In this document: piece after piece, positions 8,952 to 17,681 of the stretch | Position numbering within the stretch: the stretch's first letter is position 1 | Layout of the letters: each line of letters begins with the position of its first letter | Assembly (NCBI GenBank): GCA_015163845.1 | Contig: JAAOII010000113.1 | Location: forward strand, 1 to 32,774 | Reading direction: 5' to 3' | Length of the DNA: 32,774 nucleotides | DNA from: Candidatus Portiera sp. | Lineage (GTDB): Bacteria; Pseudomonadota; Gammaproteobacteria; CBDBNL01; JAAOII01 | Made by a program: the position numbers and the translations under genes | Notes under the pieces: generated by a model | What the model was told of the DNA's origin: nothing | Databases searched by the model: none | What the model saw: only the letters and a program-made list of their open reading frames with translations

Positions 8952-9914
8952 ATGCCAAAACAATCAACAATGACTAATAGATTTATGAATTATCCTATCA
9001 TAAAATGGATCATTGATAAATTTGATAAAATTAAGAAGAGGCCTTGGTTTATCAATTCTGCGCTTACCGCAGCATTATTGTGCTGGTTAACTTTAGTATT
9101 TTACTTCCCCAATGTTGTTAAATATGATAAAGAATTAGATGGTAATAAAGGTGATATTTTTAAATGGATTAGAGTGATCATAGCTGGAATATTTGTGATT
9201 TTTATACCCTTAATACTTTCTGAAAAAGGAACACGTCCAAAAAGCAAAATATTGACTAAGGAAAACTATATGCTGGTTTTAGTGCTTACTATAATCTTTG
9301 TAGTATTAACATTAGTTAGTGAGAATATTAGTGCTATTGTAGGGGCACTGCAAAATAGTAAGAATTGGCTGAGAGATGTTTTTTTTGAACTGGTTAATAA
9401 TGAGAAGGGACTTGCTCCATTTGCATGGACAACATTATTCTTAGTTGCAGTGGCTATCGCAGTTTTATCACACACTTTTTGGTGGTTTTTTACTGGGATT
9501 ATAGGAATTATTGTAGCAGCATTCATATTAATTGTTCCTCCAGTTGTTGAAGGTATTCAGCCCAATGAAATGAATTGGGTGATAAACATATTAGTTATAT
9601 TAGCGAGTGGGGTGGTGTTACCTTTCATGGTGGTTAAAGAAATAACAGAAAAAGACAAGATTAAAATGAGCGGGAGTACATTAGTTTCTATTGGCATAAA
9701 ATCTCTTGCTGTGCCCGCCTTGGTGTTTACTTTCATTTCTACTAGTCCTAATTTTAATAATGACACTCCTCAGATAGAATCTAATACAACGATAGACAAT
9801 TCTACTGGAAGTATAGAGAGTATAGAAAAGATTATAGATAACCATACTTATGCCTTTCAAGGACAGTTCCATATTGAGTTTAATAGAGATTTAAAGGACA
9901 GAATTATTATCTGA
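8952..9914 (+). CDS. Polytopic inner-membrane protein of unknown function
   Basis: A 320-aa ORF with at least 6 long hydrophobic segments and a hydrophilic Asn/Ser/Thr-rich C-terminal ~60 aa. No recognisable motif. Confidence 0.5.
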   Translation: MPKQSTMTNRFMNYPIIKWIIDKFDKIKKRPWFINSALTAALLCWLTLVFYFPNVVKYDKELDGNKGDIFKWIRVIIAGIFVIFIPLILSEKGTRPKSKILTKENYMLVLVLTIIFVVLTLVSENISAIVGALQNSKNWLRDVFFELVNNEKGLAPFAWTTLFLVAVAIAVLSHTFWWFFTGIIGIIVAAFILIVPPVVEGIQPNEMNWVINILVILASGVVLPFMVVKEITEKDKIKMSGSTLVSIGIKSLAVPALVFTFISTSPNFNNDTPQIESNTTIDNSTGSIESIEKIIDNHTYAFQGQFHIEFNRDLKDRIII

Positions 9915-10038
9915 TGGCACACGACATCTAGTTAAACACTGGTTTATTAACCTAGTTGTATTAGTTTAATAACATTATTATGAACCAAGATTTTGAGCTT
10001 TTAACCTTGTTTATATTATAAAAAATAAGAGTTAGATT

Positions 10039-11112
10039 ATGAGTGATTTTTTTGAGATTGATTTTTTAAATACTGGGTCAAGGCAAAGCGGCGATGCCAT
10101 TACGTTAAGATATTCAATTAATGGCAAGATTAGAATCCATGTGACCGATGGTGGATTTCAAGATACTGGGAATTTGATAATAGAACATATAAACGAACAT
10201 TATAATTACCCAAGTCGTATTGATGCTATTATAGTAACTCATTCTGACAATGATCATACGGGAGGATTAGCTAAATTATTTGATGAATATGAAATTGGTG
10301 AGCTTTGGATGTTAAGACCATGGCAATATGCTGAAGAATTAATTGCAAGATTTCCTCGGTTTACTTCTATTGATAACCTTAAAAAACGAATGAAAGACAT
10401 TTACCCTAATATAGCTACCTTGGAAGAACTTGCTGAAAAAAATAATGTGGCAATTATGGAACCATTCCAAAACTCTAAGATTGGATATTTTCATGTCTTG
10501 GCACCGTCTAAGGAGCATTATCTTGATCTTGTGGTTGAATCTGATAAAACACCAGAAGGGACTACTAAATCCATTTCTGAGGAGATGGGACAAATTGTCA
10601 ATAAAATTAAAAGTTTGATCATCTTTGCATGGGGGGTGGAACATTTTCCAGAAGATGATACGAGTCCCGAAAATAATATGAGCGTGATTCAATATGCCTA
10701 TCTATGTGAGAAGAAAGTTTTGCTAACTGGGGATGCAGGACGTGCCGCTCTTAATGAGGCGGCTGACTTTGCGCCAAGTACGGGGCTAGAACTCCCGAAT
10801 AGCTTTCACTGCATACAAGTACCGCATCATGGTTCAAGACACAATGTATCAACTGAAGTTTTAAACCGTTGGCTAGGCCTTGTATCTAAAGTTAATTACG
10901 AGGGTAACCTATCAACTGCAATTGTCAGTGCTGCAAAGGAAGATAAAGATCATCCAAGAAAGGCAGTTGTTCGGGCTTTTAATCACAGAAGAGCAAAAGT
11001 AATGTCTACAGCAGAATGTAGTGTGCGAAATCAGAGTCCCAATGCTCCAACTCGTGAAGGGTGGAGACCAGCAACCCCTCTTCCATATCCAGAAGCTCAA
11101 GAGAAATTGTAG
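10039..11112 (+). CDS. Metallo-beta-lactamase-fold hydrolase, ComEC C-terminal-domain-like
   Basis: HxHxDH-type motif IIVTHSDNDHTGG, then LLTGDAG and QVPHHGSRHN as in the ComEC/Rec2 MBL domain. No TM segments. Confidence 0.75.
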   Translation: MSDFFEIDFLNTGSRQSGDAITLRYSINGKIRIHVTDGGFQDTGNLIIEHINEHYNYPSRIDAIIVTHSDNDHTGGLAKLFDEYEIGELWMLRPWQYAEELIARFPRFTSIDNLKKRMKDIYPNIATLEELAEKNNVAIMEPFQNSKIGYFHVLAPSKEHYLDLVVESDKTPEGTTKSISEEMGQIVNKIKSLIIFAWGVEHFPEDDTSPENNMSVIQYAYLCEKKVLLTGDAGRAALNEAADFAPSTGLELPNSFHCIQVPHHGSRHNVSTEVLNRWLGLVSKVNYEGNLSTAIVSAAKEDKDHPRKAVVRAFNHRRAKVMSTAECSVRNQSPNAPTREGWRPATPLPYPEAQEKL

Positions 11113-11218
11113 TTATATATGCTGGGGGTGATTATTAATTCTAAATTAGTTATTAATATAACTCTGTTAGCTATAATTCTGTAGCTATAATGTCCTATAA
11201 TAATAAGAAAGAGAATAA

Positions 11219-11291
11219 GGGGCCATAGCTCAGCTGGGAGAGCATCTGCTTTGCAAGCAGGAGGTCGTCGGTTCGATCCCGTCTGGCTCCA
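11219..11291 (+). tRNA. tRNA-Ala (anticodon UGC)
   Basis: GGGGCCATAGCTCAGCTGGGAGAGCATCTGCTTTGCAAGCAGGAGGTCGTCGGTTCGATCCCGTCTGGCTCCA folds as a cloverleaf by hand. It has the G3:U70 Ala identity pair, anticodon loop TTTGCAA and T-loop GGTTCGATCC. CCA is not encoded. Confidence 0.95.
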
Positions 11292-11383
11292 TATATTTTT
11301 TTATTTCTTGATATTTTGCTAATATTTTTCTAGTATAGAAATTTGTATTTGCTTTTTATCAAAATTTATTATATAATGACACT

Positions 11384-11605
11384 ATGAAAAAAGACATTCA
11401 CCCCACACTAAATAAAATCACTGCAACCTGTTTTTGCGGCAATGGTAAATTTGAGTTACTTTCTACGCTCAAAGAGGACATATCTCTTGAGGTATGTGCC
11501 AAATGTCATCCTTTTTACACTGGCGAGCAAAAGATAATGGATAGAGCTGGTCGTGTAGAAAAATTCCAAAAGAGATTCGGCAAGAAACTCACATCTGGCT
11601 CCTAA
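11384..11605 (+). CDS. rpmE: 50S ribosomal protein L31
   Basis: MKKDIHPTLNKITATCFCGN ... VCAKCHPFYTGEQKIMDRAGRVEKFQKRFG closely follows the L31 consensus. Confidence 0.95.
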   Translation: MKKDIHPTLNKITATCFCGNGKFELLSTLKEDISLEVCAKCHPFYTGEQKIMDRAGRVEKFQKRFGKKLTSGS

Positions 11606-11666
11606 CAGCTATATCAATCTAGCTGCTTAGCAGCTCTACAAATTCCTTATTTAGGTGCATATTTTG

Positions 11667-12500
11667 ATGCCCTATACAAGTTCTTGCAGGTTTTTATATC
11701 TGTTATTGCTGAGCTTGTGCTCTGCTTTCTTTCCTATGTGGGCGGAAGCCCTAGCTGCAGATCTAGCTTCTGCAGATATTTGTGTTCCTCCAAAGCAGGG
11801 ATTGGTTGCTACAGATGTTAGATATGTAATAGACGGAGATTCTCTAAAACTTGCCAATGGGCAAGAATTAAGAATTATTGGCATAAACACTCCTGAGCAC
11901 GGAGATTTTTTGGCTGACAAAGCACGCCAAACCCTAAAGCAAAATCTACGTCAAGGAATCAATGGCGGAAAGAATAGCAAAATCAAAATCTATAGGTCCC
12001 TTGGTAGCGACAAACGTGATTCTTATGGCAGGATATTAGCACATTTATGGCTATTAGGTGATGATGGCCGTTGGACTAGCCCAGCAATTAATTTGTTAGA
12101 ACAAGGATTAGCATTCCACATTGCCATATTTCCTAATCTTGAGTATATATCTTGCTATGCTGCTGCAGAACAACAGGCAAAAACGGCTAAAAGGGGATTA
12201 TGGGATAACTGGCGACCACTGGCAGCATCTAGCAAGAAACTTAAACCAGGGTTTGCTTTTATTAAAGGAGATATAGTGGAAATAATTGATAAAGGTCGTT
12301 TTGGCAGTGAGTTAATAATGTCTGGTGGATCTATTGGTTTGTGGATACCAGCTAAATCCTATAAATTATTTGGTGGCAAGCACAAATTGAAAGCATTTAT
12401 AGGGCAGAGGGCTGTAGCACGCGGTTGGATATACAGATACAAAGATAACCGCAGGTTGCAACTACAAGTGTCTCATCCAGCCATGTTGGATTTACTTTAG
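11667..12500 (+). CDS. Secreted staphylococcal-nuclease (SNase/thermonuclease)-like protein
   Basis: Signal-peptide-like LYLLLLSLCSAFFPMWAEALA. SNase motifs VIDGDSLKL, ELRIIGINTPE and DSYGRILAHLW. The ORF track opens at GTG 11655; ATG 11667 is preferred. Confidence 0.75.
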   Translation: MPYTSSCRFLYLLLLSLCSAFFPMWAEALAADLASADICVPPKQGLVATDVRYVIDGDSLKLANGQELRIIGINTPEHGDFLADKARQTLKQNLRQGINGGKNSKIKIYRSLGSDKRDSYGRILAHLWLLGDDGRWTSPAINLLEQGLAFHIAIFPNLEYISCYAAAEQQAKTAKRGLWDNWRPLAASSKKLKPGFAFIKGDIVEIIDKGRFGSELIMSGGSIGLWIPAKSYKLFGGKHKLKAFIGQRAVARGWIYRYKDNRRLQLQVSHPAMLDLL

Positions 12501-13433
12501 CTATGCTGAGAAGTTTTTTTTCTTGGCGGCTTCTCTGGCAGCTAATTTTTCTCTGTGCACCTTCAATAATGTTTTCACCCACGGAGGAGTAGGAGGGATA
12601 GGGGCAAATTTAACACCTTCTGCCTTCCATTTTTTTGTCAATGCAGTCTGATCCGCTCTATATTTTTCAGGATCTTTACGCCTTTCTTCATCCTTCTTTG
12701 CCCGCCACCGCCGAGATTCTATCATCACTTCAGAACTTTCAATGGCATCTATCAATCTTTGTTTTTCCTTTTTGTCCATATTATCCCAAGATTCAGTATT
12801 GAACAATACATACTTATGTTTCGTGGTTTTCATGGATTTTATGGCTTTCGTAGATTTCATAGTGTCAATATTATACAACATTCCTTTATCTTGGACCTGG
12901 TGTTTACTTAATTCATGCCTAATAAGTGCCAGATAATAATTTGAACACTGCTTTGCTGTACATAATATAGGCACCTCATGGCCCTGTTGCAGAATTATTC
13001 TTATCATGTCTTGCATATTCGGTTCATTAACTAGATCTTTCATATTCCAAGTTACAAGATAATCAATTCCATAAAAGACCGCGCTTGCTAAAATTAGAGC
13101 ATCATTGCCTGCTTTTGGTCTAAACACTCCTTCATCCATAAACAAGCCAGCAAGTTCTTCAATTTCTGGAACAACTTCTAATACCTCCATGTCCTGTGTA
13201 AGTTTTATGCGGTTTTTAGCATTTTCTTTATTACCGTCAGAAATTTCATCATAAGCGGTCTCAGAAATTACTAGCTTTAATCCCTGCGTAGATTGCACCA
13301 ACTCCTGCACATCTTTCAAGATTTTATGGGATGAGCTTTTCAGCATTTCCATTTCCTCATTATCTAACTCTCTGGGAGCTGCTTCAGCATATCCTATGAT
13401 ATTGGCATCGAATGCTATTGATATTTTATTCAT
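12501..13433 (-). CDS. PIN-like domain protein with a long basic C-terminal extension
   Basis: Acidic residues are spaced as in PIN nucleases: IAFDANIIGY (Asp9), VISETAYDE, AGNDALILASAVF, and YLVTWNMKDL. The C-terminal ~120 aa is Lys/Arg/Glu-rich with APIPPTPPW. There is no adjacent antitoxin-sized ORF. Confidence 0.5.
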   Translation of the reverse strand: MNKISIAFDANIIGYAEAAPRELDNEEMEMLKSSSHKILKDVQELVQSTQGLKLVISETAYDEISDGNKENAKNRIKLTQDMEVLEVVPEIEELAGLFMDEGVFRPKAGNDALILASAVFYGIDYLVTWNMKDLVNEPNMQDMIRIILQQGHEVPILCTAKQCSNYYLALIRHELSKHQVQDKGMLYNIDTMKSTKAIKSMKTTKHKYVLFNTESWDNMDKKEKQRLIDAIESSEVMIESRRWRAKKDEERRKDPEKYRADQTALTKKWKAEGVKFAPIPPTPPWVKTLLKVHREKLAAREAAKKKNFSA

Positions 13434-13654
13434 ACTCTATACTTTATATGGGGGCATATTTTAAAAAATTAAGAGTTAAGTAATTAAACTTGCCTTTAAT
13501 CAAATAAAAATAATACGCTGATGAACTGAAGTAACCAGAATCATCACTATACTCTAACCAAGATAAAAGGCAACCCCAGTGAAGCAAGAAGTTTCCATAA
13601 ATTAATTATTGGAATTGAATTGTTGGGAAGCTCCTATGGTAAAATGAACTAGCG

Positions 13655-15019
13655 ATGCGTAAAAGTAACTTTCATTTTCTTGACATTGAACGTGGTGATC
13701 CTCCTCTAATCCCTATGGACGAGCGGAGGGGCTCGTTTAAAGAAATTCATAGCGAATATCAGCAGGATAAGGCAGCAGTTCAGGCAGAGAGATGCCTAGA
13801 TTGCGGTATTCCTTACTGTGAATGGGCATGCCCCGTGCATAATTATATCCCCAACTGGCTTGAGCTAGTGGCTAAAGGGCAGATATTCCGCGCCGCAGAA
13901 CTTTGCCATGAGACCAACAGTTTGCCTGAAGTATGTGGCAGAATTTGTCCTCATGACCGCCTATGCGAAGGTGCCTGCACTCTAAATGATGGCTTTGGAG
14001 CTGTCACTATAGGTTCAGTAGAAAAACACATAACTGATACTGCTTTTGCTTTGGGTTGGCGACCTGATTTATCAAAAGTAAAGCCAACTGGTAAGAAAGT
14101 TGCCATAATAGGAGCTGGTCCTGCTGGTCTTGCCTGTGCCGACATAATGCTACGTGGCGGCGTCAAAGCAACCGTTTTTGATAAGTATCCTGAGATTGGT
14201 GGATTACTTAACTTCGGCATTCCGCCATTTAAACTAGACAAGCAAGTTCTTGATCTACGGCGTAAAATTTTTGAGGAAATGGGTGCAGAGTTTAGGATGA
14301 ATACTACAATCGGTAAAGACATAATGATGGAAGAATTATTAGCAGAGTATGATGCACTATTCTTGGGCATGGGCACTTACAAATATGTAGATGGTGCTTT
14401 ACCCGGTATGGACTTGAATAATGTTTACATGGCATTACCTTTTTTGATTGGTAATATCAATAAGGTGCGAGGATATGATGAGGGAACTGAGTTTATTAAT
14501 ATGGAGAATAAGCGGGTGATTGTATTGGGGGGTGGCGATACAGCTATGGATTGTAACCGCACCAGTATTAGACAAGGAGCAAGATCTGTCATTTGCTGTT
14601 ATCGTCGCAATGAGTCAGATATGGCTGGTTCGCTCAAAGAAGTAAAGAATGCTCGAGAAGAAGGAGTCATTTTTAGATTTAACTTACAACCAACCGAGAT
14701 ATTAGAGAGTGCTGGTGGGATATCAGTCAAGTTCCAATATACGGGAGAAGAAAAACAAGGCAAAGATTCCGAAGAGCAAATTATTGAAGCAGATGCTGTG
14801 ATACTTGCTTTTGGTTTTCGTCCTAATCCACCAGAATGGTTGAAAGAGCATAAAATATCCATTCACGAGGATGGTCGGGTTAAGGTGAATGACAGCCACC
14901 AAACAGACAATCCTAAGATATTTGCAGCAGGAGATATGGTCAGAGGCGCCGATCTGGTTGTAACCGCCATAGCTGATGCCCGCGAAGCAGGACAGCAAAT
15001 GATTAATTATATTAAATAA
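13655..15019 (+). CDS. gltD: Glutamate synthase small-subunit (GltD)-like NAD(P)H-dependent FAD/Fe-S oxidoreductase
   Basis: Two Cys clusters CLDCGIPYCEWACP and CGRICPHDRLCEGAC. Dinucleotide folds VAIIGAGPAGLACA and VIVLGGGDTAMDC. C-terminal IFAAGDMVRGADLVVTAI. No gltB lies next to it. Confidence 0.85.
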   Translation: MRKSNFHFLDIERGDPPLIPMDERRGSFKEIHSEYQQDKAAVQAERCLDCGIPYCEWACPVHNYIPNWLELVAKGQIFRAAELCHETNSLPEVCGRICPHDRLCEGACTLNDGFGAVTIGSVEKHITDTAFALGWRPDLSKVKPTGKKVAIIGAGPAGLACADIMLRGGVKATVFDKYPEIGGLLNFGIPPFKLDKQVLDLRRKIFEEMGAEFRMNTTIGKDIMMEELLAEYDALFLGMGTYKYVDGALPGMDLNNVYMALPFLIGNINKVRGYDEGTEFINMENKRVIVLGGGDTAMDCNRTSIRQGARSVICCYRRNESDMAGSLKEVKNAREEGVIFRFNLQPTEILESAGGISVKFQYTGEEKQGKDSEEQIIEADAVILAFGFRPNPPEWLKEHKISIHEDGRVKVNDSHQTDNPKIFAAGDMVRGADLVVTAIADAREAGQQMINYIK

Positions 15020-15049
15020 TAATACAAAATTTGTATTAAAATATTAAGC

Positions 15050-15817
15050 GTGAAGAAAGATTCCGTAGCCCACATAATAGTAGTTACCTTAGCAGTATGT
15101 TTTGTCTGTTCAATTGCTGTATCTATGGCAGCAGTCCTGTTACGCGATCAACAAAACATCAATAGTGAATTAGCAAGAAAACGTAATATTCTAATAGCGG
15201 CTAATGTCATTGATCCACAAAAAGTAACTCCAGCTGAAGTAGAAGATATATTCAGTCGCGCTGAAGTTAAATTGGTTGATTTACAGGAAGGAAGTTTCAT
15301 TGATGAGGCAGATTCTCCCATAGACATTTCCACCTATGACCAAAGGAAAGCTGAGGGTGATCCGCAGTTATCCATGGATCTTAACTCCAAACAGGACATT
15401 GCTTCCATCAGCAGACGTGAGAGATATTCATTGATTTACTATATCAATAATGGAGATAAGACCTCTGCTATTTTCCCCATACGCGGCTATGGCTTATGGT
15501 CAACATTACGAGGATATTTGGCATTGAGCACTGCTGACTACAATACCATTGTTGGAGTTACATTTTACGAACATGCTGAAACTCCCGGCTTGGGTGGTGA
15601 GGTGGATAATGAGGATTGGAAAAATCAGTGGCGTGGTAAAAAATTATTCAGTGATGATGGCAGTTCTACTATTCAGCTAACACGCACTGCCTCTGGTTCT
15701 GACAATCAAGTAGATGCTCTTTCAGGAGCAACTCTTACATCTAATGGAGTTAATAACTTGATTAACTTCTGGTTTGGTGAATTGGGATTTGGCGATTTAA
15801 TTAATAAACTTAAATAA
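15050..15817 (+). CDS. nqrC: Na+-translocating NADH:quinone oxidoreductase subunit C
   Basis: Collinear with Vibrio NqrC as I remember it: one N-terminal TM helix, YDQRKA, YYEHAETPGLGGEV and the FMN-attachment site LSGATLTSNGV. GTG start. Confidence 0.9.
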   Translation: MKKDSVAHIIVVTLAVCFVCSIAVSMAAVLLRDQQNINSELARKRNILIAANVIDPQKVTPAEVEDIFSRAEVKLVDLQEGSFIDEADSPIDISTYDQRKAEGDPQLSMDLNSKQDIASISRRERYSLIYYINNGDKTSAIFPIRGYGLWSTLRGYLALSTADYNTIVGVTFYEHAETPGLGGEVDNEDWKNQWRGKKLFSDDGSSTIQLTRTASGSDNQVDALSGATLTSNGVNNLINFWFGELGFGDLINKLK

Positions 15818-15834
15818 ATTTGATAATAAGCAGT

Positions 15835-16974
15835 ATGAAATATATAAAAGATAAATTGACTAGGGATATATTAGAACCAGCTGGCATCAAGATAAATGGC
15901 AAAGAGGTCTGGGACCCTCAAATTAAAAACGACAAAATATTCAGCAGAATTGCAAAACAGCAATCCTTAGGTCTTGGCGAGGCATACATGGATGGCTGGT
16001 GGGAATGTAATAATTTGGAAGAGTTCTTTTATAGAATACTTTCATCATCAATGAACGACAAAGATAATAATCTAGACGGGCGCCCCAAGGGATTTTTTGA
16101 AGGACTGATATATCGTTATATGCCGCTTCTAGTAAACCAGCAGACCTTCAAACGTTCCACAAAAGTTGCCTATGAACATTATGATGTTGGCAATGATGTT
16201 TATGACTTAATGCTCGGCAAGGATATGCAATATACTTGTGCTTACTGGCAAGAATCCGAAACCCTTGACGAAGCACAACATAATAAATTAGATCTTATTT
16301 GCCGTAAACTTAAACTTAAACCAGGCATGGAAGTTTTAGAATTGGGTGGTGGTTTTGGCGGTTTAGCTCGGTTCATGGCAAAGAACTATGGCTGTTCTGT
16401 TACTGTCTATAACATTGCTCGCGAGCAAATTAAACGTGCGCAAGAGTTAACTGCAGGGCTAAAAGTCAAGATCATTGAGTCGGACTATCGTAATGCCATG
16501 GGAGTTTATGATCGTGTCGCTGCTATAGGTCTGGCTGAACATGTGGGTTTCAAGCATTACCGGACTCTAATGGAAAAGGCCTATTCATGCTTGAAAGATA
16601 AAGGATTATTTATCATTCAGACCAATGGTTCCAATAATACCATGCACCACTATGAGCCGTGGATGGAAAAGTATATTTTTCCCAACAGCATGATCCCCTC
16701 AGCTAAACAACTATCTATTGCTAGTGAAGGATTGTTTATGATGGAGGACTGGCATGTGATGAGCGGCAACTACTACAAGACCTTAATGTCTTGGTATGAC
16801 AATTTTGTCAAAGAGTTCCACAAGATCAAAGATAAATATGATGAAAGATTCTATAGAATGTGGTGTTACTATTTGTTGTTTTCTGCCGCAAGCCATAGAA
16901 GTCGTAGTGTTCAGTTATGGCAGCTAGTCTTGTCAAAAAACAATGTGGGCGTCCCCTATGTTTCCGGAAGATAA
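15835..16974 (+). CDS. cfa: Cyclopropane-fatty-acyl-phospholipid synthase family (CMAS) methyltransferase
   Basis: LGLGEAYMDGWWEC N-terminal motif, YDVGNDVYDLMLGKDMQYTCAYW, SAM site VLELGGGFGGLARFMA, and IFPNSMIPS. ATG 15835 is preferred over the in-frame TTG 15820 of the ORF track. Confidence 0.9.
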   Translation: MKYIKDKLTRDILEPAGIKINGKEVWDPQIKNDKIFSRIAKQQSLGLGEAYMDGWWECNNLEEFFYRILSSSMNDKDNNLDGRPKGFFEGLIYRYMPLLVNQQTFKRSTKVAYEHYDVGNDVYDLMLGKDMQYTCAYWQESETLDEAQHNKLDLICRKLKLKPGMEVLELGGGFGGLARFMAKNYGCSVTVYNIAREQIKRAQELTAGLKVKIIESDYRNAMGVYDRVAAIGLAEHVGFKHYRTLMEKAYSCLKDKGLFIIQTNGSNNTMHHYEPWMEKYIFPNSMIPSAKQLSIASEGLFMMEDWHVMSGNYYKTLMSWYDNFVKEFHKIKDKYDERFYRMWCYYLLFSAASHRSRSVQLWQLVLSKNNVGVPYVSGR

Positions 16975-16998
16975 GAAGAATAATAATATAATACAACT

Positions 16999-17673
16999 AT
17001 GAAAACCACAGACGTTCTATTTGATCCAGTATTCAGTAAAAATCCTATAGCATTACAGGTGCTGGGAATATGCTCTGCACTTGCAGTTACTGGCAATTTA
17101 CGCATTACTTTGGTAATGTGCTTGGCAGTGATTTTAGTAACAGCATTTTCCAACTTTTCCATTTCATTAATTCGCAACTACATTCCTACCAACATACGTA
17201 TCATCATCCAGATGGTAATTATTGCTTCGCTGGTAATAGTAGTAGATCAAATCCTCAAGGCCTATGCTTATGAAGTGAGTAAGCAACTATCGGTTTTTGT
17301 GGGATTAATTATCACCAACTGTATTGTCATGGGGCGGGCTGAAGGTTTTGCCATGCAAAACCCTCCTTTTATTAGCTTTGTTGATGGTATTGGCAATGGT
17401 TTAGGTTACAGTGTGTTGTTGATTGCGGTTGCAATATTGCGCGAACTCTTCGGTTCTGGGTCATTACTAAACTTCTCAATACTACCTTTAGTGAAAGATG
17501 GTGGCTGGTATGTGCCAAATGGCTTGATGTTGCTCCCTCCAAGTGCCTTCTTCATTATTGGATTTATTATATGGGGATTACGCAGTTGGAAAACCGAACA
17601 GGTTGAAGTAAAAGATTTCTCTATAATGCCACATAATGGTATGAATGCAGGTATTTCTAAGGCAGGTTCATAA
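16999..17673 (+). CDS. nqrD: Na+-NQR subunit D
   Basis: [17 protein letters not shown] and [17 protein letters not shown] are hallmark NqrD/RnfE motifs. Polytopic. Confidence 0.92.
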   Translation: MKTTDVLFDPVFSKNPIALQVLGICSALAVTGNLRITLVMCLAVILVTAFSNFSISLIRNYIPTNIRIIIQMVIIASLVIVVDQILKAYAYEVSKQLSVFVGLIITNCIVMGRAEGFAMQNPPFISFVDGIGNGLGYSVLLIAVAILRELFGSGSLLNFSILPLVKDGGWYVPNGLMLLPPSAFFIIGFIIWGLRSWKTEQVEVKDFSIMPHNGMNAGISKAGS

Positions 17674-17681
17674 AGATTATT

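Larger units (their letters stand above)
1373..11112. other. Putative horizontally acquired accessory island between radC and tRNA-Ala (no integrase or transposase seen)
   Basis: Gene content is accessory (R-M, peroxidase, lysis cassette, MBL) and the region is visibly more AT-rich. Hand counts of two single 60-nt lines give 19/60 G+C at 1381-1440 versus 27/60 at 22921-22980. The right edge abuts a tRNA gene. Confidence 0.5.

Noticed and set aside
8776-8970. 64-aa minus-strand ORF and a ~30-codon plus-strand ORF (ATG 8855) in the 134-bp gap between the 2-TM gene and the polytopic membrane gene
   Set aside because: No Shine-Dalgarno sequence and no motifs, and the 64-aa ORF overlaps neighbouring gene ends. 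There is insufficient evidence for a coding call.
11172-11201. Three TATAAT hexamers (11172, 11186, 11196) upstream of tRNA-Ala as a promoter stack; similar -10-like hexamers sit 9-17 nt before the rpmE, gltD, glpK and ABC ATPase start codons, suggesting leaderless or short-leader mRNAs
   Set aside because: TATAAT-like strings are expected frequently in intergenic DNA this AT-rich, and no convincing -35 partners were found. They cannot be supported without TSS mapping.
11621-11635. Hairpin AGCTGC-TTA-GCAGCT after rpmE as a rho-independent terminator
   Set aside because: The stem is only 6 bp with a 3-nt loop, and no U-tract follows. That is not enough to call a terminator.
13434-13654. Possible riboswitch or leader in the 221-bp region upstream of the gltD-like gene
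   Set aside because: I could not recognise any known riboswitch core or a stable conserved-looking structure by eye. It is probably just a divergent promoter region.
13951-14376. Antisense or alternative-frame ORFs from the track inside well-supported genes (e.g. 89-358, 330-650, 1723-1977, 5206-5388, 5840-6091, 6282-6572, 7036-7314, 8271-8480, 9266-9872, 10339-11100, 11672-11920, 12397-12582, 12742-12936, 13951-14376, 14599-14998, 15148-15333, 16956-17273, 17657-17866, 18276-18740, 20063-20311, 22318-22530, 22924-23487, 24359-25301, 25692-26292, 26928-27385, 27620-27868, 28485-29100, 29490-29684, 30623-30817, 31385-31591, 32134-32382)
   Set aside because: Each lies wholly or largely within a gene whose product has clear family motifs on the other strand or frame. 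Their translations are low-complexity or Ser/Leu/Cys-rich with no recognisable motifs.
15820-15834. TTG 15820 as the cfa start (ORF track)
   Set aside because: The in-frame ATG at 15835 gives an N-terminus (MKYIKDKL...) of more typical length for Cfa, and 15820 lies only 2 nt after the nqrC stop. I kept ATG 15835; the choice remains unverified.
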